Source of the DNA: Chloropicon primus
Taxonomy: Eukaryota
Reading direction: 5' to 3'
NCBI GenBank assembly: GCA_023205875.1
Contig: CP060759.1
Coordinates: 744,001 to 808,000 of the forward strand
Length of the DNA: 64,000 nucleotides
The notes under the pieces are model-generated. The model saw only the letters and a program-made list of their open reading frames with translations, made no database searches and was not told where the DNA came from. Below are positions 41,160-52,792 of the stretch, one piece after another (the first letter of the stretch is position 1; every line of letters begins with the position of its first letter). Made by a program: the position numbers and the translations under genes.

Positions 41160-42212
41160 TCAAAGACCGGGGTTCACCAAGAAGGCGTGGTCGAGCATCG
41201 ACTGCATGGTTCTCTTGTACTGCCTGGCCTCTTTGGCCGAGCCGCAGTGGACCACGAGCCGCAGGAGGTTCTCTGGCTTGTTGCAAAGCATTTTCTTAAT
41301 CTTCTTCATGTTCTCGCACCTCTTGTAGAGATTGTTCACCGAGCTCGTTTTCTTGTGGCGCGATGGCTTGCCAGTCGCCGAGTTCAGCGTGACGGTCACC
41401 ACGAATGCGGTGTTCCTGCCGAGGATTTCCCCGAACTGAGAGACGGCCTCGCCGATCCCGAACGCGTTCGTTCGAATCTCCTCCAGCGCGCACGAATCGC
41501 ACAGGGAACTGATCGACTCCTCCTCCCCGTGAAGGACCGAGACCCTGCCCATGATCTCGGTTCTCTCCTTGTTGAGGAGATAAACCTTTCGCAGGATCGC
41601 CTCCAAGTTCTGAACGGCCTCCAGAAAGTCGTCGTCGCCGTCCCCACCGCCGGGCAGCAACGTCTTGTTCACGAGGGCCCGGACGAGTTTGCCTTCGGCG
41701 TACTCCACCTCGTACAGACACCACCTCGTGCACTCGGAGTAGACAAGGAGCGTGAGGCTGCTCTCGGTCCGCACCTCGCCTTTGGCCAGGGTGAAAAAGC
41801 GACAGTAAACGGAGGGGACGCTGCCCAGGGAGACCAGCTCGAAGAAGCCCGGCAGTTCCGAGGTCAGGGCGCCGATCCCCTCGCTGTGCCCCAGGGCGCA
41901 GACGCCGAGATCAGCTTTCATCCCAACGTTTTTCGCGGGCTGGAAGCGATAGTAGTAAGCCGCGGGCTTCGGCCTGCAGCTTCCGCCGGCGAAAATTCTC
42001 TGAATCTTGTTCTGAGCCAAAGCAGAGGCCAAGGTGAAGTGGCCTCGGCCAGAGCAGTACTTCCTCCAGAGATCGCCAGACACCTCGGTCTCGAGCAAAA
42101 AGAGTCTGCACCCCCGGCACGCTCGTCCGAACGAGCACACGTCTTTCAGGCTCCCGACTTGCTTCAAGATTTCCACCAAGACCTGGCTGGGCAGGTCCAA
42201 GATGCTCACCAT
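41160..42212 (-). CDS. F-box-like protein
   Basis: N-terminal ILDLPSQVLVEILKQV...SFGRACR...LWR. Confidence 0.65.
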   Translation of the reverse strand: MVSILDLPSQVLVEILKQVGSLKDVCSFGRACRGCRLFLLETEVSGDLWRKYCSGRGHFTLASALAQNKIQRIFAGGSCRPKPAAYYYRFQPAKNVGMKADLGVCALGHSEGIGALTSELPGFFELVSLGSVPSVYCRFFTLAKGEVRTESSLTLLVYSECTRWCLYEVEYAEGKLVRALVNKTLLPGGGDGDDDFLEAVQNLEAILRKVYLLNKERTEIMGRVSVLHGEEESISSLCDSCALEEIRTNAFGIGEAVSQFGEILGRNTAFVVTVTLNSATGKPSRHKKTSSVNNLYKRCENMKKIKKMLCNKPENLLRLVVHCGSAKEARQYKRTMQSMLDHAFLVNPGL

Positions 42213-42833
42213 CTCCCCTCGCACGCCTCTCCTTCGGTTCCAAGGTGGCGTCTTTGGGGCCTCACTCAATCGCTCCAACACCCTAACCGAGGCCTAGCGC
42301 CCTCCCCGCCCCCATCGCACCGACTTGCGGACCAAGGCACACCAAAAAAAAATAGTTCTCCAACCCAGCCCAGCCAGCCCAGCAGGAATCCAATCAAACG
42401 AGCACCACAGTTCTAAGGACAAAGAATCTCCACGTCAGCGTCGCTGATGGATGCAAGGGCCAGTCAAGGACCAGGCAGTGTCACCACACACCGACCTGAG
42501 TTCTTGTCCCAGCCAGCAAGAGGCACACTGGCACTGACCGAGCTCGTGGTTGTCCTTTGTCTGTCTGGCCCTTGAAGGGTGGGATCGTGTCCATGGGATC
42601 ACGTGTCCATCGATGCGACAATTTGAATGCAAACGTTTGCATCCATTCACGACAAAGAGAGACAGAGCCCTTCACTTGAGGGAGGGAAGGGGTCTAGCGA
42701 AGGAGGGAGGAGCGGGGAGGAGCGAAACGCTTCATCTCAAGAGATTTGCAGTGGTCTCTGTCTCTCTGTCTCTCTCTGCCTCTCTGTGCGTGTCTCTCTC
42801 TCTCTCTCTCTGTGTCTGGCGCAGACGGACGTC

Positions 42834-44132
42834 ATGGAGGTTCAGGGCCAGGACGTGGAGGAGGAGAACAACGTGGAGGGGTTGGGAGGTGTGCGGGAGT
42901 CGATACTCTCGTCCCTGGGGGAGGAGATCACCGCCATCGTAGCGCCCGTGACGGCATGCATGGCGCTCACCGTGTGCCTCGTGAGGGCGCTCTACCTCGA
43001 GGGACGCACGCTTTCGACGGCTCCGACGTCTATCGCGACGGCGATGTACCACGAGAGCGCCTCGGACGACGTGGAGACCAAGGTCACGGGCGCGCTGCTG
43101 AACGCCCTGGTCTTCGTCATCGCGATCACGATCATGACCTTCGTCATGTTCCTCCTTTTCAAGTACAACTGCACAAAGTGCTTGTACGGGTACATGGCGT
43201 TCTCGAGCTTCACCCTGCTGTTCTTCATGGGGGGCTACTTCCTTCAGGTCCTTTTCGAGATCTCCCGGGTGCCCTTCGATGCGATATCGTTCGTGTTCCT
43301 GCTGTTCAACACGGCCATCGTTGGCACGGTGGCCATGTGGACGGACTGGACGCCCTTCGTGCTGAAGCAGGCGTACCTCGTTCTCGTTGCCGTGGTCATC
43401 GCCGCGCTCTTCACGAGGATACCTGCGTGGACGACCTGGTTCCTGCTCGGCGCCTTGGTCATCTACGACCTCTGCGCCGTGCTGCTTCCGGGAGGGCCCT
43501 TGAAGGCCCTCGTCGAGCTCGCGATGGAAAGGAACGAGGCCATACCCGCCCTGGTTTACGAGTCAAAGCTCACCAGAGGGTTCCGCGACGATCCTCGCAG
43601 GGAGAGGGAGGCGGGGTCGGAAGCGAGAGACGTCGCTGCGCAGGGCTACGACGACGGCCAGCTGCTGGTCAGGGAGCCGACCGATTCCGCTAGCACCAGC
43701 ACGGCGTCCCCGTCGGAGATAACCGCGCAGAGAACCACGGCGTCGGAGGACAGGCGGGAGGAGGACGGGGAGGTTTCCGTGACAGAGCCTCTGATGGGGC
43801 AGCAGGAGAACCAGGACTCGGCGGGGAAAGAGGTGGGGCTGAGCGAGGAGGACATGGAGCTCCCGGATTCCATCAAGCTTGGTCTCGGGGACTTCATCTT
43901 TTACTCGGTCCTGGTGGGCCAGGCGTCCTTGTTCGACATGACCACGGTGTACGTCTGCTATCTGGCGATCATGGCCGGTCTGGGCGCGACTCTGCTGCTC
44001 TTGGCCATCTACCAGAAAGCCCTGCCCGCGCTGCCGATATCCATCACCCTCGGCGTTGTATTTTACTTCTGTACTCGCTATTTCCTCGACCCCACGGTGA
44101 CTCCTATCTCCGTGAGCTTGCTTTACGCTTGA
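42834..44132 (+). CDS. Presenilin (gamma-secretase catalytic subunit)
   Basis: Catalytic YD (IYDLCAVL), KLGLGDFIFYS and PALPISI motifs; about 9 TM helices. Confidence 0.96.
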   Translation: MEVQGQDVEEENNVEGLGGVRESILSSLGEEITAIVAPVTACMALTVCLVRALYLEGRTLSTAPTSIATAMYHESASDDVETKVTGALLNALVFVIAITIMTFVMFLLFKYNCTKCLYGYMAFSSFTLLFFMGGYFLQVLFEISRVPFDAISFVFLLFNTAIVGTVAMWTDWTPFVLKQAYLVLVAVVIAALFTRIPAWTTWFLLGALVIYDLCAVLLPGGPLKALVELAMERNEAIPALVYESKLTRGFRDDPRREREAGSEARDVAAQGYDDGQLLVREPTDSASTSTASPSEITAQRTTASEDRREEDGEVSVTEPLMGQQENQDSAGKEVGLSEEDMELPDSIKLGLGDFIFYSVLVGQASLFDMTTVYVCYLAIMAGLGATLLLLAIYQKALPALPISITLGVVFYFCTRYFLDPTVTPISVSLLYA

Positions 44133-44708
44133 GCCCCCCGAGAGGCGAAAGTATCAATACTACTAATCAAAACCTTAAGTAACTGAACGATACCCATTGT
44201 AACGATAGAAAAGAAACCATAACGCGTGCCCGCCCCACCTTTGCCCTCTCCTCCTCCATGCAAAATTAAATTGCCTCGTCCCTTCCCAGCCTTCCTTGCC
44301 TTTTGTTGTTGTCTCCATCCAGCCTCACTCACTCCGCCCCTCCACCTCGACCTCCTTCCTTCCCCTTCCCCAATCCCAATCCATCGTCTTCCCATCCACA
44401 GGCCAGAGAGAGAGAGAGACGACGACGACGTTCTGGATTATACAGATCGCTGTACGACTTTGCTTGGCCGCCAGGGGACCAAGAGGAGTGGGTGGTGGAC
44501 AACACCCACAAAGACTAAGCAATGCTCGTGGATTGAAGCCTCAAGCAAGAGACGCCGAAGCTTGCAAAGGTGTGCCGCGCGTGCTCAAGGACCCCCAGGA
44601 GGAGAAAGAGGACGAGAGGGACACAACATGGGAGGTAAGGCATTCGACGAATATTTCTTGGTCTGGACTTTGATGTTTTGGTGAGGAGGAGTGTTGGACT
44701 GACTGGAG

Positions 44709-46068
44709 AGTACTTGTACGCACGTCTTCGTTCCCAAAGCCCCTGTTTGGCTTTATTTTGTCATCCCTGTGATAAGCGGTTTCGTTGGTTGGTTCACCAA
44801 TGTTCTCGCTTTGCACATGACGTTCTATCCCTTGGACTTCAAGGGGTTTAAAGTTTGGCAGCCCGAGGGCCAGCCGTTTGGCTTTTTCGGCTGGCAGGTA
44901 AGGACGCACCTCCCCTCCTCGTCACTCCCCTTGGGCCGAGCCCGCTGAAACCTTCCACGTTTTCCCCCTTCTTTCTCTTCTTGACTCGACCCCCTGGTTG
45001 ACACAGGGAATCATTCCGGCAAAGGCTGGGAAGATGGCGGAGATTATGGTGGAGCTGATGACCACGAAGCTGTTAGACGTCAGGGAAGTCTTCAGCCGGA
45101 TGGACCCCAAGCGAATGGCCCGCATACTGAGCGAGGATGCGAGGGGAAGCCTTTATAAGGTCGTAGATGGATTGGGCCAGGAGCAGCTGCCCAATGTCTG
45201 GTCGCTGGTGCCGAGGAGCGCGCTGGACGAGTGCGTGGTCTTCCTGAGTGAAGACATTGACAGGTACGTCGAGGGCCTCATGGAGGAGCTGAAAGAAAAC
45301 ATCGAGGACGTGATGGACTTGAAGCACCTGGTGGTGTCAATTGCCCTGAACGAGAAGGAGCTCGTGGTGGACATGTTTCAGCAAGTCGGGGAGCAGGAGT
45401 TTGAGTTCATCAGGCTCTCGGGGTTCTTTTTCGGCTTTGCTTTTGGGGTCATCCAGTCAGGACTGTTCTACTTCTACGACGCTTGGTGGCTCCTCCCCGT
45501 CTGTGGCTTCCTCGTGGGCTACGTCACAAACTGGCTGGCCCTGAAAGTGATCTTTGCGCCTATCAATCCCATCCAGATTGGACCAATGAAGGCGCAAGGT
45601 CTTTTCTTGAAGAGGCAAGACGAGGTGTCCGGGATGTTCGCAGAGCTCTCTGCAGACTACTTTTTGAAACCAGCGGGGATGTGGGGCGAGATACTGCAAG
45701 GGGCAAGGTTCGAAGCTTTCAGGTCCATGGTGGAAAACTACACGTACAACTACATGTGCAGCTATCTCGGGAATGCGAAACTGCCTGTGATGATTTACCT
45801 CGGCCAGGAAGGTTTGAGCCGGCTGTCGACGAAAATGGCGTCGATCATACTGGAGGACTTGCCTTTGATCATCCCTGCGTCCTACGAGTACACAGAGGAA
45901 GCGATGCAAATTCAACCGACCATCTGCGAAAAGCTCAAGGCGCTGCCGCCGATAGACTTCGAGGGGGTACTACACCCTGTTTTCGAGGAGGATGAAATAA
46001 AGCTGATCGTCGTCGGAGGGCTGCTGGGGTGTGCGGCTGGAATGCTGCAAGTGTTGACTGTACTGTAA
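44709..46068 (+). CDS. DUF445/YheB-like membrane protein; intron 44898-45006; 5' end unresolved
   Basis: IPVISGFVGWFTNVLALHMTFYP...FGWQ|GIIPAKA; second GYVTNWLALKVIFAP; LHPVFEEDEIKLIVVGGLLG. Confidence 0.8.
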
Positions 46069-46128
46069 TAGCATAAGATTATCGCGTTTTTTTGGACTCG
46101 GCGAGCGGTGCGAGCTTGGGGGTCGAGA

Positions 46129-46778
46129 CTAGGTCATCGCGATCGGGTTCTGCACCCCGCTGTGCTTGAGGCATATCTTTTCGTAGATTGCAAAGATGCT
46201 TCGCAGCTCTCTGAGCTTTTCCGTGGGGCACCCTTCACGTGTGGGACAGACGGAGGGGTCAGAAAAGAAAAGGGGGCGGTGTCGTGCGCGCGCCCCGAGG
46301 GTTCGAAGAATCCCCTTTACTCACCTGCAATAGACCCGTTGAAGAGCTTGTCTGTGATGTCCTTGCTGAAAAGGGGCAGCCTGGAGAACTCTTGGCTGAA
46401 GGACTCGTACCGGTCGATGAACTGGGACCTCTTCTCTTCTATCAACCTCCAGGTGTCTTGAATCTCCTTGCTGAGGGCCGAGATCGCGAGGGAGGACTTG
46501 GAGTTGTTCTCCTTCTTCACAAGAACGTCCTGCTTGAGCTGGTTGATGCTGCTCTTCGTGTTCAAGAACGCGATCTGCGCATCCTCGACGGCTTCCACAG
46601 AGTGCTTCAGCTTCTTCTGCAGGACCCCTATCTCCTTCTCGAGGCTCTCCTTCTCCGTCTGGATCTTCGCTATGCTTTGCTCCAAGTTGTCCACCTGAAG
46701 AACGTTCCGATCGGCAAGGGAAGCGATCTGGTCGTACACGCTCGACTTTTGCTGGTACTCCGTCCCACCCTCCTCCAT
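46129..46778 (-). CDS. Small coiled-coil protein of unknown function; exons 46778-46325 and 46232-46129
   Basis: Heptad-rich ORF; GTGAG donor at 46324 with in-frame AG acceptor at 46233. Confidence 0.6.
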
Positions 46779-47062
46779 CCTTCCTCCCGCAAGCAAGTCT
46801 CTCTCTCTCTCTCCGCTTCCGTTTGCCCGCCTTCGCGATCGAAACGTCTGCTCTCGGCGCGCGCCAACCGGAGTGATCGATCGCAGCGCGGGGGCGAGGA
46901 GACCTGTCGTTTCGTGCGGACGAGGCGAGGAGGACGAGGACCGGGGCGGGGATCGCGGTACGGAGGCCTCGCTCCCGACGATTCCTCGGGTGTGCGTGTG
47001 TGGAAGGTTTTGGTTTTCCTCTTTTCCTGGAGGGGAACGAGCAACGGGACGGGGAGCAAGTT

Positions 47063-49609
47063 ATGGAGTCAGGCGTGCAAGGTGATCGAACGAGTTTGAC
47101 CGATCCCCTGGCGAGGGACTCGGTCGACGTGGAAGGCACGTGCGAGGATGCGTTCGCGAGGGGGGACAACTTGGTGATCATGGCGGTCTGCATCCACAGA
47201 GACGCTATCGGAATCGCCACCTACGTCTCCGAGGTCGCTGAGATAAGCATCTTTGATTCCATGCAGGCCGAGTCGATGGAGGACGAGCTGCTTCCTGTCT
47301 TTCTGGCCCTCTCCCTTCACTCCCCGGGCGTCTTGCTCGTTGGCGAGAACACCGGTGTGGAGCTAAGGACCAAGCTGGCCAAGGCCGCGGGGCCCGCCTG
47401 CGAGCTTGTCCTCGTCAAGCCTTGGTGGTACAGGATTCCCAACGCGGAGAAGAACATCGAGGAGCTGTGGATCAGTGGAATGTCTCAGGACCTCGGCACG
47501 ATCGATCGGAAGCACTACATACTGAGCTTGCTGCCGGTGGCGGCCTCCGATGAGGTGGTGGGCGCGCTCGGCGCTTTGCTTTCTTGCATCTACGCTCAAA
47601 AGCTGCTGGGCACTGTGGAAGTTCTGAGCGGGGAGACTCTTCACATGCTGCAATCCCTGAGCCAGTTCAACTTGAAGGAGCACCTTCAGGTGGACCTCCC
47701 CACTCTATCTGCCCTCCAGATCTTGAGCTCCGAGGCCCACCCCTCGAATTTCGTCAACAGCTCCAAGGAAGGCCTTTCGCTCTACACCTTGCTTGATCAT
47801 TGCTGCACCTCCCAGGGCAAGAGACTGTTGAAGAATTGGCTTCTCAACCCCATCACAAACATCAGGGAGATCGAGCAGCGCCAGGGCGAGGTGAGCTATT
47901 TCCTGAGCTTGCCATCGGAACTCCTGAACACGATGCAAGATCATTTGTGTGTCATGAAGACCATGTCCTCCACGCTGAGGCAGGTGATGTGCCACCAAGG
48001 ATGCGGGAGGACGAGCAAGGGCCACCTGATCATGCTGCACAGGTACCTCGTCAGCGGTGTTGAGCTCACTCAAACTTGCGCCCAGGTTCTGCAGTGGCAA
48101 GGCCCATCCTGCGCCGAAGCGTCGAGTGTCGAAGGTCTCGTGACGCTGAACCGTCAAGCCATGGTTCAAATGATCTTGGCTTTGGCCAAGACCCTGGACA
48201 TAAGGAACGAAGATCCCGTGCTGGAGGACGAGTTCTTCGTGGCCAAGGGAGTTTCGGGTACACTAGACGAGTACAAGGAAATCTTTGCCCAGCTCCCCGG
48301 GATTCTTAACAAGATTCTTCAGGAAGAGCTGCGGAGAATACCCACGGCGCTGGTGAGGAAACACCAAAAGACCGAGTGGTCTGTTTTGCACTTGCCTCAG
48401 TTCGGCTTCGTGATGCAGATGAAGTCGCTCCTGTCTCCCGACCTCAAAGAAGTCTTTGGCGACTTTGCATTTGTCTCCGACTTTCGCAAGGAGTTCTTCT
48501 TGTACAAGAGCAAGTCCACCGCGCGCCTCGACGAGACTTTTGGGAACCTCCACATGAAAATCCAAGATCTCGAGACGGCAATACTGTCGCAGTTCACCTT
48601 TGAGATACTCCAAGACAAGCTGTGGCAAGAGCTCGTGGAAAGGACAGCGAAGCTGGATGTGTTGCTCTCTCTAGCTTCGGTCGCCAAAGCGCACGGCTTG
48701 CAAAGGCCTCGCATGGTTAACGACAACGTGCTCCTGATCAAGAACGGCCGCCACATCCTCAACGAGCGTACGGTGAATGGGAGCTTCATACCCAATGACA
48801 GCACCTTTCTTGAAGACTCTGACAGGATCCATGTCATCACTGGGCCTAACTTTTCGGGCAAGACCGTGTACGCGAAGCAGGTGGCCCTCATCGTGTACAT
48901 GGCTCACGTCGGAAGCTTCGTTCCAGCGGATGAGGCCCTAATCGGGATCTGCGACAAGATCATGACACGAATGGACAGCATCGACGCATCTAGCTCAGGC
49001 CAAAGCTCTTTCATGATGGATTTGACACAAGTTCTCAACTCCGTGAGGAATGCGACGTCTCGCTCCATCATCTTGCTCGACGAGTTCGGAAGGGGCACCG
49101 ATAGCAGCGATGGCTTTGGACTTTTCTTTTCGATCCTGAGCGCGTTCGCCCAGAGGCCCTATCCTCCCAGGATAATTGCCTGCACCCATTTCAGCTGCAC
49201 GACCTTTCTGCAGCACGCCCCGAAGAGCAGTCACCTGTCCTTCAAGAAGATGGAGTGCTTCATCGAGAGGAAGACGGCCAAAACACCGGAGGCTGGCGCC
49301 GAACTCCACGTGGAACGTTCCGACTCCAAGGTGATCTACCTCTACAGGCTCGTGGAGGGGATATCCGACAACTCTCTGGGAATCTTTTGCGCCAGGCTTG
49401 CTGGGCTCGCGGACTCCATCTGGCAGCGGTCTTTCGAGATACTGACGCTTCGTTCCAACTGTGGCGGCAGGCTGGAGGACCTGAAGGGCGTGGCCGACGG
49501 CACACAAGACAAGATTCATCATAAACTGTCCCGCTTCCTGAACTTGGACCTGTCCCCGTCGGCTGACTTCCAATCGGTGCGGACCTTCCTTCAACCTCCC
49601 ATATCTTAA
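47063..49609 (+). CDS. MSH5: Meiotic MutS homolog 5
   Basis: No mismatch-recognition domain; HPS..KEGLSL, TGPNFSGKT, MAHVGSFVPA, SSFMMDLTQV...ATSRSIILLDEFGRGT. Confidence 0.9.
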   Translation: MESGVQGDRTSLTDPLARDSVDVEGTCEDAFARGDNLVIMAVCIHRDAIGIATYVSEVAEISIFDSMQAESMEDELLPVFLALSLHSPGVLLVGENTGVELRTKLAKAAGPACELVLVKPWWYRIPNAEKNIEELWISGMSQDLGTIDRKHYILSLLPVAASDEVVGALGALLSCIYAQKLLGTVEVLSGETLHMLQSLSQFNLKEHLQVDLPTLSALQILSSEAHPSNFVNSSKEGLSLYTLLDHCCTSQGKRLLKNWLLNPITNIREIEQRQGEVSYFLSLPSELLNTMQDHLCVMKTMSSTLRQVMCHQGCGRTSKGHLIMLHRYLVSGVELTQTCAQVLQWQGPSCAEASSVEGLVTLNRQAMVQMILALAKTLDIRNEDPVLEDEFFVAKGVSGTLDEYKEIFAQLPGILNKILQEELRRIPTALVRKHQKTEWSVLHLPQFGFVMQMKSLLSPDLKEVFGDFAFVSDFRKEFFLYKSKSTARLDETFGNLHMKIQDLETAILSQFTFEILQDKLWQELVERTAKLDVLLSLASVAKAHGLQRPRMVNDNVLLIKNGRHILNERTVNGSFIPNDSTFLEDSDRIHVITGPNFSGKTVYAKQVALIVYMAHVGSFVPADEALIGICDKIMTRMDSIDASSSGQSSFMMDLTQVLNSVRNATSRSIILLDEFGRGTDSSDGFGLFFSILSAFAQRPYPPRIIACTHFSCTTFLQHAPKSSHLSFKKMECFIERKTAKTPEAGAELHVERSDSKVIYLYRLVEGISDNSLGIFCARLAGLADSIWQRSFEILTLRSNCGGRLEDLKGVADGTQDKIHHKLSRFLNLDLSPSADFQSVRTFLQPPIS

Positions 49610-49762
49610 TATCTTAATCGATCTGTTACATCCAGCTTGGGGTTTGTTTTGGGCCTGAAGCTCCTGACTCTCGCAGCAGGGCGACCAGGGAAACGGAGCG
49701 CAAGGCGGGATCTTTGAGGAAGCGCGGGCGTCGCTGCGCTGTCTCGAGAACAACTGGGAAGT

Positions 49763-50425
49763 ATGGACTGGCGACTTTCGACCCTTCTTGTGTACGTCTC
49801 GGCGTACATGCTAGTAGCTGCTCTTGCAGTGTGCCTCGCCACGGGTGTGTACTATGTGGCGGAAGTGATAGAGGAAAACACGAAAAAGACCAAGACTGTG
49901 TTGAGGTACCTCATCCTCTCCACCATGGGGGCCCACGTGATCTTGCTGGTTTGGGACAGGCAGCCCCTGGTTTGCGTTCTGTCGGGCTTGATGGCCCAAG
50001 GCGCGTACCTCCAGCTCCTGACCAAGAAGTTCCCTTACATTTCCTTCACTTCGCCTGTCGCACTCATTGCGGTGGCTGCCCTCGTGGTGAACCAGGTGGC
50101 GTGGTACTACCACTTCACGGACACGAGGGAGACCATGGAGTACATCGTTTGCTTCTGCCTGGCAGTCGTATGGCTGGTGCCCATCATCCTCATGCTGAGC
50201 GTGGCGAGCCAGGATGGTGTCTTCCCGGGCGTCCCTGGGGCAAGCGTGTCGACCAACCCGGCGGCTCAAGGCCAGGAGGCCCTGTACGGGGGCCCAAAGA
50301 GAGGATTCCTCCTTCAAATTTTTTACCTCCTTCAAGCGCACACCACTCCGTATTTGAAGATGGTCGCCTCTGCCCTCGGCATCAAGCTCGGCAAGAGCAC
50401 CTCGAGGCGCGACCACCGCATGTGA
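49763..50425 (+). CDS. TEX261/SVP26 ER-Golgi membrane protein
   Basis: CLATGVYYVAEVIEEN, FPYISFTSP, VWLVPI..LS motifs. Confidence 0.88.
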   Translation: MDWRLSTLLVYVSAYMLVAALAVCLATGVYYVAEVIEENTKKTKTVLRYLILSTMGAHVILLVWDRQPLVCVLSGLMAQGAYLQLLTKKFPYISFTSPVALIAVAALVVNQVAWYYHFTDTRETMEYIVCFCLAVVWLVPIILMLSVASQDGVFPGVPGASVSTNPAAQGQEALYGGPKRGFLLQIFYLLQAHTTPYLKMVASALGIKLGKSTSRRDHRM

Positions 50426-50563
50426 TAGCATTGGTTGGCTGTGGGGCTCAGGGGGCAAGGGAGCCTCTGCTTGTGTGTAACAGTAATCAGGCCGTGCCGA
50501 GGACGAAGTCCAGGGGCTTGGAAAAAAAATTATATCGAAGGGCTATTCATACAATAATTGTGT

Positions 50564-51760
50564 CTATTTGAAAGTCATGTCTTCGTTTGGTAGTGTCACA
50601 TATGCCGTTGGTTCTGGCAGGGCGTCGTCTTCTTGCCGATCCTGCTCGTTGATCAGGGAGTTGAGGTACTTCCCGTGCTCCTCTATACTATGCTGCAGCT
50701 GCTGCTGCAGCTTGAGCTGCTCTTGCAGCCTGATGTGCATCTCGCTGTGCTTCATTCCTTCCATCAGGAACTGCTGGCCCTTGTAGAAGGTGTCCCCGAG
50801 GGAGTCGAGCTTCGAGCCCAGGGTCACCACCTCGTCGAGCTTCTCGTCGATGCCCACGGTGCTGCTCGGCTTGGTCGCCGTCGTGACCTCCGCCGGAACC
50901 TCCCTCTTGACCTTGGCCTGGCGCTCCTTCTCCTCCTTGGTCTCCTCGCCCTTCCTCCTAGATGTCTCCTTGCCCGTCTGCTGCTGCTTGGTGTGCATGC
51001 GGAACTTTTGCAGGTGGCTCTTCACGTGGTACACCGTCATCCCCGGCACGGACATCTCCCTCAGTATCGCCTTGGGGGTCGCCTTCTTCGGTCCCCCCAG
51101 GGTCTCCACTGCGCTCACGAAGTTCGCGTGGAGGTCCGGCGTCCACCTCAGCCTCTGCTTGGCACCCCCCAGGTGCTTTCCCCTCGGGTGCTTCTCCGCG
51201 GGGGCGCTCGGCGGCACGCTCGCTGGGTGGTGCCCCGCGCCCGCGAGGCTCTGCTTGGGCTGGACCGCGTACTTGTGCCCCGACAGGTAGTCCCTCGTCG
51301 TCGCCTGCAGCTCGACCTGGTACTTGTCCAGCGGGTACCTGCTCTCCGGGTGGTGGAGGTGGCCGGGTTGCGGCGGTGCCTGCCCCGACGGGTGGCCTTG
51401 CAACGCCGGCGGGACCCCCAAGCCGGCCAGCTGGTGCGGGTCCAGGGCGCCCTCGCGGCCGTACAGCGACGGAGGGTGGGCGCCGTAGTACGTCTTCCCC
51501 CCAACGCCGAACTCAGCCTGCTGCTGGGACGACGTCGTGCCCAGGAAGTTGTGCCAGTCCCCCAAGTCGTGAAGGCGGAACTCCGACTCGTGCCAAAAGT
51601 GAGAGCTCGGCAGGCCGTAGCCCGGGGCGTCCCCCACGAGCCCCTCGTCCCCCCCAGGGAGCGTCGCCGCCTCCTCGGGGCTCAGAAACCCCCGGGGCTC
51701 GCTGTCCTCGGGCTTCTTCCCGTCGAAACCCCGACCCCAGCCCCCTCCTTTGCCGTCCAT
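50564..51760 (-). CDS. MYB-CC (GARP) transcription factor, PHR1/PSR1-like
   Basis: KQRLRWTPDLH..FV.AV..LGGP.KATPK, HVKSHLQKFR; coiled coil LQEQLKLQQQLQHSIEEHGKYL. Confidence 0.9.
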   Translation of the reverse strand: MDGKGGGWGRGFDGKKPEDSEPRGFLSPEEAATLPGGDEGLVGDAPGYGLPSSHFWHESEFRLHDLGDWHNFLGTTSSQQQAEFGVGGKTYYGAHPPSLYGREGALDPHQLAGLGVPPALQGHPSGQAPPQPGHLHHPESRYPLDKYQVELQATTRDYLSGHKYAVQPKQSLAGAGHHPASVPPSAPAEKHPRGKHLGGAKQRLRWTPDLHANFVSAVETLGGPKKATPKAILREMSVPGMTVYHVKSHLQKFRMHTKQQQTGKETSRRKGEETKEEKERQAKVKREVPAEVTTATKPSSTVGIDEKLDEVVTLGSKLDSLGDTFYKGQQFLMEGMKHSEMHIRLQEQLKLQQQLQHSIEEHGKYLNSLINEQDRQEDDALPEPTAYVTLPNEDMTFK

Positions 51761-52792
51761 GGTAGTCTTCCGCTGCTCAACCGAATTGAACAAGTTCTCT
51801 CTCGCAAAGCCAAGTCGTCGTGCTATTCGACTCCATCGGAGTCCGGGCGACCTCCTGGCATAACTCCGAACAAAGAAAGAATGAACCTAACACCCACCAC
51901 GCCAATGCCTCAAAACTTGAACGATCCCAAACCAAACCACAGGGAAACAACAACAAGAAGCAAGGACAAGGTCTCTCTCTCTCCCTCTCTCTCCCTCTCT
52001 CTCCCTCTCTCTCTATTAGACACGCCCAAAAACCGAGCGACGACGATCCCGCCGACGACACCGAACGAAAGAATGAACTGGACTAAGAGTTGAACGATAC
52101 ACCGGGTCGGAATACGATAACCACCCTCTCCCTCGTTCGCGTTCGTCGTCGTCTCTCTCGTCGTCGTCGTCCTTTGCCTAGGCCTTTGCCTTCGCTCTCG
52201 ACGCAAGACGGAGAATAGAATCTTCTTCTCTCGTCGAACAGCCATGGAGGAAAGGTTGGTGCTCTTTCCATATGGAAATTTCAACATTATCGAGGAGCTC
52301 CAAGGCCAAGAGAATTTTGACAGAGGCCGAGGGGAACCCCGAAAAAGTAACGGAGCGCCCAGGCGTTTTGAACGGAAGGATGGATTGGGGTCCCGGGGGG
52401 GAGCAATCGGTTGGTACAAGGTGGCGAACAGATTGGAGTCGACGCGATCAAGGGAGCGCACGTGGTGTGTGTGTGTGCATTGGCATTGACGTTTGTGTGA
52501 CGGGCGAACTCTCTTGACGTGGTGTGCCACAGCAGGCCCTCCCTTTGGAGACTCACTCCCCGGCAGCAAAAGCAGGGGATCCATTGCGTTGACGGCGGGG
52601 CTCTCTTGGCTTGGTCGTCAGAGTCGAAGATTTTTGTGTGATCGGGCTCTCGCCTTCGGGAATGGAGCTCGCCCTGGCGTAGGCAGCGCGCGGGAGATAC
52701 ACCACGCCGTCGGAGTCGTCGTCGCCTTTGCATTGGACTAGGCGAGGACTGGTGCCACCACCGAAAGCACTGCTCGGCTTTTTGCGGGCGGG

